DNA of 64,000 bases from an uncultured Candidatus Saccharibacteria bacterium. GTDB taxonomy: Bacteria; Patescibacteriota; Saccharimonadia; Saccharimonadales; Saccharimonadaceae. Position 1 is the stretch's first letter, and each line of letters starts with the position of its first letter. The stretch lies in NCBI GenBank assembly GCA_963456245.1, contig CAUOKV010000002.1, positions 55,731 to 119,730 of the forward strand. The letters are read 5' to 3'. Position numbers and translations under genes: made by a program. Shown here in pieces: positions 10,522-19,036 of the stretch. The notes below the pieces were generated by a model. The model saw only the letters and a list, made by a program, of their open reading frames with translations. It did not search any database and was not told the DNA's origin.

Positions 10522-11787
10522 TTACTTGCCAAAGATACTCTCCAGCAGAGTCTTGGGTTTGCCGACGATCTGCTTAGCCGGCTTGTTGTCGGTAGTCTCT
10601 TGGCTCTCGCCGGTGCGATTGGGGTCGGGTGAGACCTGCTCGCCGATCACCAGTAGGCGCTTAGCGATTGAGCCGGGTGGATCGCAGGTTATCAGGGTGG
10701 CGTAGGCTTTGGACGAGCCAAGATTGACCTGGTCAATCTGATTCGGGTAGATCGATTTGATATCGACCACCTTGTAGGCGTAGCGAGTTTTACCGTAGTC
10801 AAGGTAGAATAGGTCGCCTTGCGCCAGTCTATTCAGCTGGACGAAGATGAATTTGTAGTCACCCGGAGCGAAGACGTCAGCACTGCTGTGACCCAGGATG
10901 ACGGTATTTCCCTTCTGCCCCGGCGTAGCGGTTGCACCGGCCAGCGGGTAATGGACCGGGCCATTACGTAGGGCGACCTGGACATTATTCTCGCTGAGGT
11001 CGGTCAAGCCGTAAACGACCGGAGCGTTGACGTTGATCTTAGGGATGATCACGTGGGGGCTGGTGCTAATCGGCTGATTACTGCCGCTACCAACGATGAT
11101 CGTCTGAGTCGATGAATCACCGGGGCTGATAAAACTGACCACACCGGCCATCACTACGCTGTTGTACTGCAAGAAGAGGAAAACTAGCGCTACCACCACT
11201 GCGCTGATCGCCGGCCAGAACCACCAGTGTCGCTTCGCCTGCTCGGCGGTCTCTTTAACCTTCTCCAATACCTCCGACTTGAGCTCGTGCTGAACTTCGC
11301 CCTGGTCAAGCACCCCGTCGTTTTGGCGACTATCGGCTACGGCGGCTTGCTGCTTAGCGAAGCGAGCTTGTTGCTCCTGTAGGGCGGCTATGTAGTAATT
11401 CTCATAATACTTCTGATAATAGTTCTGCCACGCCTGATGATAGCGCTGGCGAGCTAAGTCTTGGGCTTGCTTCTCCCTTTGTTTTTCTTGGGCTTGCCGG
11501 CGCTCAGCAGATAAGATCTGATCGGCGGCCAGCTGGGCGTCATGATAGATATGATTCTGAAGACGGGTAGTATTGGTCATTGGCTCGGCGTCGGCGGAAT
11601 AAGTTACTGTCTGATTATCCTTCATTCGCTTGGTCGGCTTGATCGGAGCGGGCTGAACGGGATGTGAAGTTGGCTGATGAGTCCGGTCGTACGGATAGTT
11701 AACCACCGGCGTTGCTTCGGGCGGCTGGATGACCTTCTGACTTGACGATCTAGGAATCAGGTATTCTTCACTATCTTGCTCGTTCAT
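10522..11787 (-). CDS. Sortase family transpeptidase with long N-terminal extension
   Basis: IPKINVNAPV, GNTVILGHS (His), TLITC (Cys), downstream Arg (KRLLV); single TM. Confidence 0.9.
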   Translation of the reverse strand: MNEQDSEEYLIPRSSSQKVIQPPEATPVVNYPYDRTHQPTSHPVQPAPIKPTKRMKDNQTVTYSADAEPMTNTTRLQNHIYHDAQLAADQILSAERRQAQEKQREKQAQDLARQRYHQAWQNYYQKYYENYYIAALQEQQARFAKQQAAVADSRQNDGVLDQGEVQHELKSEVLEKVKETAEQAKRHWWFWPAISAVVVALVFLFLQYNSVVMAGVVSFISPGDSSTQTIIVGSGSNQPISTSPHVIIPKINVNAPVVYGLTDLSENNVQVALRNGPVHYPLAGATATPGQKGNTVILGHSSADVFAPGDYKFIFVQLNRLAQGDLFYLDYGKTRYAYKVVDIKSIYPNQIDQVNLGSSKAYATLITCDPPGSIAKRLLVIGEQVSPDPNRTGESQETTDNKPAKQIVGKPKTLLESIFGK

Positions 11788-11920
11788 CTGATACTATTCT
11801 ATACCAAAACGAGCCCGACCGCTAATATCAGGGGTGTACGTTATGTTTGGTGTGCCGGTCGGGCTAGGCCAATAAATACGGCGTTGCTTAGCGCTATGGT
11901 GTGCTAGAATAGAAGCGTTA

Positions 11921-12007
11921 GGGCGAGTGGCGGAATTGGTAGACGCTGCAGACTTAAAATCTGCTGATAGTAATATCGTGAGGGTTCAAGTCCCTCCCCG
12001 CCCACCA
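11921..12007 (+). tRNA. tRNA-Leu(TAA)
   Basis: GGGCGAGTGGCGGAATTGGTAGACGC, anticodon arm GCAGA-CTTAAAA-TCTGC, long variable arm, GGTTCAAGTCC, encoded CCA. Confidence 0.97.
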
Positions 12008-12051
12008 AAAAGTATTTTTCAGAGAATTCAGGCGCGTCAGCGCCCGTTTTT

Positions 12052-12660
12052 CTAGTGTTTTGCGTAGCAAAACCCAAATTCCAAAGGGAGGGAGAGATTT
12101 CTGGGGTAGCCGTAGGCTGCACCTTTTTGGGTTTTAGAAACAGGTTCAATCCTTCTATCTTCACCAACGCCTCCTTTATGGCACTCGGCTCGGCGGTTTT
12201 TGCGATTGTATTGAGGTCTGATGCTTGATTTGACCATTGGTGCATAGGTTCAACCTACGCATTGGCGGCAAGCGTTGGCTTGCCGATTTGTTCCTCCCCA
12301 GCGACTTCTTTTCACTCATCAGCTCGGCTTGTTTGGTTTTGTAGGTGATTTGATCAATATCTTGATCTAGGTAACTGCCTAAAAGTCGCTGTAACTTGCT
12401 TTGTAAGTTCTTAATCCGCTCTCGTGCTTGTGAAATAAACACGCCAGAGCTTTGCTCGGCTCTTTTTTCGTCCTCGTTCAACATTGTATGCATCTCATCA
12501 GCCCACGACTTCGGCAGAGCGTAGTCTCGCAACACTTTCGCTAGTTGCGAGAGCAGCACAGGTTCGGTTACGGCTGGCTCGGTACATTTAATCGTCTTAT
12601 TCTTGCCGTACAGCGATAATACACATACTCGTGTATATTGCCGTTCTTTTGGTGCTTTAG
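12052..12660 (-). pseudogene. C-terminal remnant of large serine recombinase (zinc-ribbon and coiled-coil region)
   Basis: Across frames: KHQKNGNIHEYVYYRCT/KNKTIKCTEP...KLQRLLGSYLDQDID...SEKKSL/EEQIGK...NA*VEPMHQW; frameshifts near 12607 and 12298, stop at 12255-12257; catalytic domain absent. Confidence 0.75.
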
Positions 12661-12707
12661 CAACTTTGGCGAATTTTTGCGTGTTTATTCTATGAGCATG
12701 CAAGAAA

Positions 12708-12716
12708 TGATATAAT
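12708..12716 (+). promoter_or_regulatory. Extended -10 promoter (TGaTATAAT) for RM operon leader
   Basis: Consensus TGnTATAAT just before the structured leader. Confidence 0.65.
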
Positions 12717-12722
12717 AAAGAA

Positions 12723-12859
12723 GTCCAACCAACAATTAACATCTTAGGGATTTTCCCAGTATTTTGGTATTTGAACCAGAAAAACGGGCACTTGCTCGAA
12801 AAACTTTTGGTTCAAATCCCAATTGTTGGTTGGACGCCTAGAGTAGGTGTCCGTTTTTT
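12723..12859 (+). ncRNA. Candidate structured leader/small RNA ending in terminator-like hairpin
   Basis: 15-bp perfect IR 12723-12737/12821-12835, inner stem 12769-12778/12808-12817, hairpin 12832-12852 followed by T6. Confidence 0.5.
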
Positions 12860-12908
12860 ATGTGCGGACTTTACTCAAGATAAATCAACTTAAAACTCAA
12901 AGGCGTCC

Positions 12909-13976
12909 ATGAGTAAAAAATTACTAGAAACTAACGTCGTATTACAAGGCGACTGTATAGAATTATTAAAAGCACTGCCAGACAAGTCGATTGATCTTGT
13001 TTTTGCCGACCCGCCGTATAACTTGCAGCTCAAAGGCGATTTGTGGCGACCAAATAATACAAAGGTATCTGCGGTTGATGACGACTGGGATAAATATGAT
13101 AGCTTTGTTGCTTATGATGATTTTACGACCAAATGGCTCACCGAGTGTCGCCGAGTTCTCAAAGACAACGGCTCGCTTTGGGTGATTGGTAGTTATCATA
13201 ATATCTTCCGTGTTGGTAAAATTGTGCAAGACCTCAACTACTGGATTCTGAATGATATTCTTTGGATTAAAACAAATCCTATGCCAAATTTTAAGGGCAC
13301 GCGCTTTAACAACTCACACGAAACGCTAATCTGGGCTGGTAAATCTGAAAAATCAAAGCCGACTTTTAATTATAAAACTATGAAAGCCCATAACGAAGAT
13401 AAGCAGATGCGCAGTGATTGGTTAATCCCGATTTGCAGCGGTAAAGAGCGGATTAAAATCAACGGCAAAAAAGCTCACTCAACACAAAAACCGCTCGCAT
13501 TGCTCCGCCGAATTATCAATGCAACCACAAAGCTGGGCGACATTGTACTTGACCCATTTCTCGGCAGCGGCACGACGGCGATTGTCGCAAAAGAACTCGG
13601 ACGTTCTTACATTGGTATTGAACGCGACAGCACCTATGTTAAAGTCGCAAGAAAGCGACTTGCCGACACGACACTACTCGACGAAATGCTTATTACGAGC
13701 AAACTAGAAGCAAAAGCGCCACGCGTTGCGTTTGGCTTACTCGTTGATACTGGACTTATCAAAGCAGGCGCAACGCTCACCAGCAAAGACGGCAAATACT
13801 CCGCAGTTGTTACCGCCAACGGTTCGCTCAAAAGTGGCGACATCGAGGGCTCTATTCACAAAGTTGGCGCAGTTCTGCAAAACCAACCGTCATGCAACGG
13901 CTGGACATTTTGGTATATCGACGGTGTGCTGATTGACGAAATTCGACAGAAGTATCTGGAGAAAAACCATGCTTGA
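12909..13976 (+). CDS. Beta-class N6-adenine DNA methyltransferase, CcrM/M.HinfI-like (probable GANTC), with C-terminal RAMA-like domain
   Basis: FADPPYNLQL, HSTQKP, LDPFLGSGTT, C-terminal GSIHKVGA...CNGWTFW. Confidence 0.92.
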   Translation: MSKKLLETNVVLQGDCIELLKALPDKSIDLVFADPPYNLQLKGDLWRPNNTKVSAVDDDWDKYDSFVAYDDFTTKWLTECRRVLKDNGSLWVIGSYHNIFRVGKIVQDLNYWILNDILWIKTNPMPNFKGTRFNNSHETLIWAGKSEKSKPTFNYKTMKAHNEDKQMRSDWLIPICSGKERIKINGKKAHSTQKPLALLRRIINATTKLGDIVLDPFLGSGTTAIVAKELGRSYIGIERDSTYVKVARKRLADTTLLDEMLITSKLEAKAPRVAFGLLVDTGLIKAGATLTSKDGKYSAVVTANGSLKSGDIEGSIHKVGAVLQNQPSCNGWTFWYIDGVLIDEIRQKYLEKNHA

Positions 13977-14829
13977 TTACGAAGAATTCAAGGAAATTTT
14001 TGATGAGAAAATCTTTGCAAAGTCAAAGCCCGACCTCATAAGAAAAGTTGCCGAATATCCAGACAGATACGTTGGGCTGTTTCGTCCAACTAAACCAGAG
14101 GCTAAGCTACTACAAAATCTTTTACAATCAAATGAAATTCGTTTTGGCGACGCTTTCGAGGTGGCAATTAAGCAGTATTTTATCAATGAGGGCTGGCAGT
14201 CTTTACCGCGAAAAATAATCTCCAAAGAGGGCGACGCACTCGACATTGACCAGCTACTTATGAAAAATGACAAGGTGCTATTTATTGAGCAAAAAGTACG
14301 CGACGACCACGATTCAACCAAAAAGCGCGGACAAATTAGTAATTTTGAGAAAAAGTTAGAGGCACTGGTCGATATTTACGGCGACAAGGTGGCGTGCGGA
14401 TTTTTCTACTTTATTGACCCAAGCCTTGTCAAAAACCGCAATTTTTATCAGCCGGAACTGCAAAAATTGCAAGATTCTTGGGGTGTAAACTTATCAGTAT
14501 CGTACGGACAAGATATGTTTGAACAACTTGGCTATCCAAATATTTGGCGTGATATAATGACTAACTTGGAAAAGTGGCGGCACGACATACCTGACTTGCC
14601 AAACGTAAATTTTGACACCAACCCCGAAGAATCTGCCGAAGAAATAAAAGACTTACCGCTCCGTATATTCCGTAAGTTGTTTGATGATGAGCGGATTGTA
14701 GAGCAGATACTGCCTGTGTTGTTTCCGACGGGCGCAACGCTGGCGATACTTGAGCCGTATTTTCGTGGACAGGGTACTGTAGTGGCTGGGAATATATCAA
14801 ATAAGATCCGAGACTACCTTTATAGTTAG
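13969..14829 (+). CDS. Type II restriction endonuclease, HpyAIV-like PD-(D/E)XK
   Basis: Overlaps MTase end; LQSNEIRFGD, DIDQL...FIEQKVRDDHDSTKKRGQ. Confidence 0.8.
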   Translation: MLDYEEFKEIFDEKIFAKSKPDLIRKVAEYPDRYVGLFRPTKPEAKLLQNLLQSNEIRFGDAFEVAIKQYFINEGWQSLPRKIISKEGDALDIDQLLMKNDKVLFIEQKVRDDHDSTKKRGQISNFEKKLEALVDIYGDKVACGFFYFIDPSLVKNRNFYQPELQKLQDSWGVNLSVSYGQDMFEQLGYPNIWRDIMTNLEKWRHDIPDLPNVNFDTNPEESAEEIKDLPLRIFRKLFDDERIVEQILPVLFPTGATLAILEPYFRGQGTVVAGNISNKIRDYLYS

Positions 14830-14905
14830 CCCTAACTATAAGGCAAAAGCGTAAACATATTATTTAGCATTTCAAACATCTTTCAAAAGAATTATAATAG
14901 GTGTC

Positions 14906-15364
14906 ATGGCAACCGGAGGGACAACAGCAGAAGACAAGCGCAAACACCTTGAGCTTATACAAGGTGTAGTTAATCGTATGGCGTCTAACTCTTTCCTCTT
15001 TAAAGGCTGGTCTATCACTATCATCGCCGGTATTTCAGCATTCGCTGCGCAAGACTCAAATACGGCTCTCATGATTGTACCTATAGTATCAACCTTATTG
15101 TTTTGGAGTGTTGACGCATATTACCTTATGATGGAGCGAGCCTTTAGGAGTATTTATAACAACGTTGCTAAGCTCAAACCAGAGAAGATCGATTATTCTC
15201 TAACTCCCGAAAAGTCCGACATATCATTCAGGTGCTGGTTAAAAATATTTTTTGGGCGCCCTGTATTGCTGCTATTCTATGGCACTGTTCTCGTTATGCT
15301 TGTTCTACTTGTACTGATGTTAAATAATTATGGATTGGAGGTTAGGATAATTCATGGCACGTAA
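14906..15364 (+). CDS. Small 3-TM membrane protein, putative TIR-associated effector
   Basis: HLELIQGVVNRMASNSFLFKGWS, FWSVDAYYLMMERAFR; three hydrophobic segments; overlaps TIR gene by 11 nt. Confidence 0.75.
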   Translation: MATGGTTAEDKRKHLELIQGVVNRMASNSFLFKGWSITIIAGISAFAAQDSNTALMIVPIVSTLLFWSVDAYYLMMERAFRSIYNNVAKLKPEKIDYSLTPEKSDISFRCWLKIFFGRPVLLLFYGTVLVMLVLLVLMLNNYGLEVRIIHGT

Positions 15365-15800
15365 AGTATTTTTTAGTTTCCACTACGAACGTGATGCGTG
15401 GCGTGTCGCGCAAGTACGAAATAGTAACATAATTACAAATCTAGATAAAAACCCGTTCTACGACAAAGCCGAGTGGGAATCTATCAAGCGTAATGGCGAC
15501 CAAGCGATAAAGAATTGGATTGATAGGCAACTCCAGGGCACATCTGTTACAGTGGTACTTATTGGGGCGCAAACTGCCAGTCGCAGATGGGTTCAATACG
15601 AAATACAAAAAAGTATTGAGCTTGGTAAAGGTTTAATAGGTGTGCATATAAGTGGAATAAAAGACCAGTATGGTAATACTGATAAGCTTGGAGTAAACCC
15701 GCTGCCGTCAGGATATCCTGTCTATAAGTGGAATGCGAGTAATGGCGCAGCAAACCTTGGAAGGTGGATTGAAGATGCGGCAATAAGAGCTGGCAGATAA
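15354..15800 (+). CDS. TIR-domain protein, ThsB-like (MTH538/DUF1863)
   Basis: RKVFFSFHYERDAWR, TSVTVVLIG, RRWVQYEI with putative catalytic Glu. Confidence 0.9.
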   Translation: MARKVFFSFHYERDAWRVAQVRNSNIITNLDKNPFYDKAEWESIKRNGDQAIKNWIDRQLQGTSVTVVLIGAQTASRRWVQYEIQKSIELGKGLIGVHISGIKDQYGNTDKLGVNPLPSGYPVYKWNASNGAANLGRWIEDAAIRAGR

Positions 15801-15812
15801 CCCTCAGACTAT

Positions 15813-15991
15813 TGCGCAAAGCGCATCGGCTTTGCCGACAAAAGCCGCGCCACCTCTACCGTTTGCGGTAGGCGCACCCGCCCAGAACACCCTTTACCTT
15901 TTCCTAATAAAATTACGGTTAGGGAAATTACAAAAAATATGCAAAGGGTTTTCTGGGTTGGAGTGCAGCACGGCTTGCCGTACTAGGCGGC
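15813..15991. other. Highly structured non-coding element (nested stem-loops)
   Basis: Hairpins TGCGC/GCGCA, TCGGC/GCCGA, CTACCG/CGGTAG and long nested stem CCCAGAA..CCCTTT..TTTCCTAA / TTAGGGAA..AAAGGG..TTCTGGG. Confidence 0.5.
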
Positions 15992-16139
15992 GCAGCTCAC
16001 AGTTTTTAACATTTTGTACTAAAACAGGCTCTAGTGTGGGCGTAAAATCTCACCAGATATTATATAAATCAAAACAGGTAGACAATGAAAATGAAAAAGA
16101 ACGGCAGTGCGAATGATTTGTCCTCCATTGCTCGTGGAG

Positions 16140-16268
16140 CTACAGCTTCATTATGCTCTCTAGGAAGGCTTGGCTTTTTGCGACGAGCTTTTGAAGTCTA
16201 GCTTTATCAATTCTGCCGTCAAGTCCTTCAATGAAATTAACCAACCTGTAGAGCGAGCTGCCCATCAT
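16140..16268 (-). pseudogene. 42-aa ORF, probable internally deleted restriction endonuclease partner of the second MTase
   Basis: MMGSSLYRLVNFIEGLDGRIDKARLQKLVAKSQAFLESIMKL*, preceded by GAAAGG, overlaps the MTase 3' end where an REase would start. Confidence 0.45.
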
Positions 16269-17253
16269 TACCTTTCGTTAATTCTTCAATCGGTGGTTTC
16301 CCTTTGGTATTCTTTTGCTCACTAAGGGTATTACGTTCCCAAAAAACACCATCTGCGTACCCCTGGATAGAATTGTCGCTATCCGCCATCTCCAATCGTT
16401 TTTCCGCCCAGGCGCAATAGGTTTTGTCGAGTTCAATGCCAATATACCTACGATCGAGCTTCTTGGCAGTTACGGAAGTCGTTCCGCTACCTAGAAAAGG
16501 GTCAAAGATCACATCTCCTATGTTTGAGCTAGCTAAAATCATTTTGGCAATCAGCTTCTCGGGTTTTTGGGTTGGATGGGCGGTATTTTCGGACATTGAC
16601 CAATATGGAATCGTACAATCATCCCAAAAGTTTGATGGACAGGTGTCCCGGAAGTTACCATTTTTGGTTACTTGCCAATCTTTCGGTTCGCCATTTTCTC
16701 TGTATGGAGCGATGACTTTCTTTCGAACCTTCACATCGCCCAGATTAAATGTCCATTGGCTGTTGTTGGTTGCGAACCAGATGTCCTCGAGTCCATTTTT
16801 CCAGTTTTCTTTTGCGCCCCGACCTTTCTCTCGTTGCCATGTTATTCGGTTTCTGACATTGAGATACTTTGGTAGAATCTGACCGATAACAACGCTGGTT
16901 TGCCAGTCGCAACAAACATAGACGCTTGCCTCATCTTTCAGCAGTGGCATGACTAGCTTTAACCACTGTTCTGTGTATTTGGCGTAGCTTTCGTTGTCAG
17001 TTTTCTTAAATTTGTTACCGTGATAGTCTTTTGATAAGTTGTACGGCGGATCAACGATCAGCAGATCGATAAACTTTCTTGGCATATCCTTCATAACTTC
17101 AAAGGCATCGCCGTTAATTGTCTTATTTATGATTTTACCAATAGACAGCTCCGAGCTTCCGTCTACGCAGCGGTTAAAATACTTTTGACCTTCCCCGAGA
17201 GAGAAATCGATGGTTTTATTTCGGTGTGATTTCTTAGCCTTTAGCATATCCAT
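16237..17253 (-). CDS. Beta-class N4/N6 DNA methyltransferase (currently orphan)
   Basis: IVDPPYNL, HPTQKPEKL, FDPFLGSGTT; start may be ATG at 17247. Confidence 0.92.
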   Translation of the reverse strand: MDMLKAKKSHRNKTIDFSLGEGQKYFNRCVDGSSELSIGKIINKTINGDAFEVMKDMPRKFIDLLIVDPPYNLSKDYHGNKFKKTDNESYAKYTEQWLKLVMPLLKDEASVYVCCDWQTSVVIGQILPKYLNVRNRITWQREKGRGAKENWKNGLEDIWFATNNSQWTFNLGDVKVRKKVIAPYRENGEPKDWQVTKNGNFRDTCPSNFWDDCTIPYWSMSENTAHPTQKPEKLIAKMILASSNIGDVIFDPFLGSGTTSVTAKKLDRRYIGIELDKTYCAWAEKRLEMADSDNSIQGYADGVFWERNTLSEQKNTKGKPPIEELTKGNDGQLALQVG

Positions 17254-17277
17254 ATTGTAGCATTTAGGGATAATAGC

Positions 17278-18354
17278 CTAGTCCAGCTGATAGTCCGGGT
17301 CGAAGTCGAAGTCGAGATAGGCGTACCGGCCGGGCTGGTAGGCTAGATAGTCGTCCAGACATTGCTTAGCCTTCGCCGAGAGGTCACCGACTCGTCGTGC
17401 CGTGCCGTCGCCCGATAGGACGAGCGGATTGATGTAGCGTCGTTTGGTGACGATACTCCGGCAGTACTTCCCTGCCACCGGAGTATCACTGCTGTATACC
17501 CGCTTTGCTTTCCGAAATCGTTGGAAGCGACTCACTAAATACTCGTCGCCGCTATCTAGGATCCGGCTAATGATTTCATCCTCACTGTAGCGGTAGAAGT
17601 CACTTGGCTGAAGTAGCCCTTGCTTAACCATCCGCTTGAGGGCATCGGCGATGAACTGCATAGTTAACTTGTGGCGATTCTCAACCCAGCACGGCCACAG
17701 CTGAGAGATGGTGGATATATACTCTTCGGCTACCGGCAGGTGCTGAAAACCCAGTTCATCGACCCCCTCTTCGTTTTGTAGCACGATGACGTCGTCGTAA
17801 GTGTGCTTGATCCGATCTATCTCCCAGACACGGTTAAGCACCAGTCCGGCTGAGTAGGAATATTCGAAACGGTCAGCCGAAAGCTTCGGCGTATCATTAT
17901 CGGCGATGGGATAAAGCTTGTAATCGTCGACCTGGCTCAACTTGATGTGGTCACGCTTAAGCAGGTGCATGATCTCGGGAGAGTCACTAATTATCTGCGA
18001 GGTCTCGACTTCGGTTGCCTCCTGCTTCAGATAATCACCCCGAAAGAAATCGATGCAGTGCTTGAATGTCGGCGTAGCGATATCGTGGAATAGCCCCGCC
18101 AGGGTTTGCTTACGATCCCCGGTATAGTGCCAGACAATCAGCGCCACGCCTATGCTATGGGTAAGGTTGGAGTACCAATACTTATTGTGGTAGAGATCGG
18201 TATGGTCTGACCCCCAGTTCATGCCGGTCCCTTCGAGGCGTCTCATAGCCGGGGTGTCGATATACTCGGTCAACCAATCGGGAAACTCGGGGCTAAGCAC
18301 CCGGTAATACGCCTTAACCTCGTCATTTAACCCCTTGATATAGTCACTTGTCAT
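17278..18354 (-). CDS. HD-domain phosphohydrolase
   Basis: HSIGVALIVW, GLFHDIA, LSADRFEY; start MTSDY after GGAGG. Confidence 0.85.
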   Translation of the reverse strand: MTSDYIKGLNDEVKAYYRVLSPEFPDWLTEYIDTPAMRRLEGTGMNWGSDHTDLYHNKYWYSNLTHSIGVALIVWHYTGDRKQTLAGLFHDIATPTFKHCIDFFRGDYLKQEATEVETSQIISDSPEIMHLLKRDHIKLSQVDDYKLYPIADNDTPKLSADRFEYSYSAGLVLNRVWEIDRIKHTYDDVIVLQNEEGVDELGFQHLPVAEEYISTISQLWPCWVENRHKLTMQFIADALKRMVKQGLLQPSDFYRYSEDEIISRILDSGDEYLVSRFQRFRKAKRVYSSDTPVAGKYCRSIVTKRRYINPLVLSGDGTARRVGDLSAKAKQCLDDYLAYQPGRYAYLDFDFDPDYQLD

Positions 18355-18450
18355 TATCCCCTCCTCCAGTGTGGTTATATTATAGCGCAGCCACAAAGAT
18401 CGGGCTGACTAGCGGAAGCATCATTGAGAAATCTTTATCTATCAAGGGGA

Positions 18451-18927
18451 CTATGCGGTATGCTCAAACTTATCCAAGAAGTCTCGCAAGCGATCCAGGA
18501 TGATATACTCCTTCTTCATCGGTTCGCTTGACTCCAGTAGCTTTCGAGCTTCGTCGAACTCCAGCCATTCGACGCCATCGTGCTCGGTGTCATGCTTGCC
18601 GGTATTCTCCAGCGGGATCATGGCGAAATAGTGAGTGGTCTTATTGAGGTGGATGCCGTCTTTCATGAAATCATCGGTGAAAGCACCCAGGTAACCCTTT
18701 ATCTCAGCTCGTATACCCGACTCTTCCAGTACCTCTCGTCGAGCGTCGTCCTCCAGTGTCTCGTCGTGGTGTAAAGTGCCTTTCGGCAGATGATAGTGCC
18801 GTCCATCCGGCCGATTGCGGTAGAGTACTACCACCTCTAGCCGTCCTTGCTGATGACGGTAGATTACCCCACCCGCCGAGATATGATAAGGCCAAATCTC
18901 GGTGTGACGATATTCTGCTGAGTGCAT
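18451..18927 (-). CDS. NUDIX hydrolase
   Basis: Nudix box LPKGTLHHDETLEDDARREVLEESG. Confidence 0.92.
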   Translation of the reverse strand: MHSAEYRHTEIWPYHISAGGVIYRHQQGRLEVVVLYRNRPDGRHYHLPKGTLHHDETLEDDARREVLEESGIRAEIKGYLGAFTDDFMKDGIHLNKTTHYFAMIPLENTGKHDTEHDGVEWLEFDEARKLLESSEPMKKEYIILDRLRDFLDKFEHTA

Positions 18928-19036
18928 TATATTGACCCTCCTTCGCTTACTACTAATCCAATGCCGCTATGGTGTCCAGTCTATGCTATGCTTACATATT
19001 TCATACTACAGGCATAACACCACGTATGTCCAGAGA

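Larger units (their letters stand above)
12008..17270. mobile_element. tRNA-Leu-anchored defence island (degenerate integrative element)
   Basis: Begins at tRNA 3' end, visibly AT-richer than flanks, carries recombinase remnant, RM genes and a TIR system; right boundary approximate, no att repeat found. Confidence 0.8.

Noticed and set aside
11904..12245. 113-aa minus-strand ORF
   Set aside because: Its 3' part is the antisense reading of tRNA-Leu (LVGGEGLEPS) and its 5' part is the recombinase remnant; not an independent gene
12639..16106. Perfect 12-bp inverted repeat TGCCGTTCTTTT (12639-12650) / AAAAGAACGGCA (16095-16106) as the inversion site
   Set aside because: Recombinase similarity continues through the left copy (KHQKNGNIHEY), so it is not the breakpoint; probably both just encode KNG
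15832..16116. 94-aa ORF over the structured element
   Set aside because: TTG start with no RBS and no recognisable motif; better explained as structured non-coding DNA
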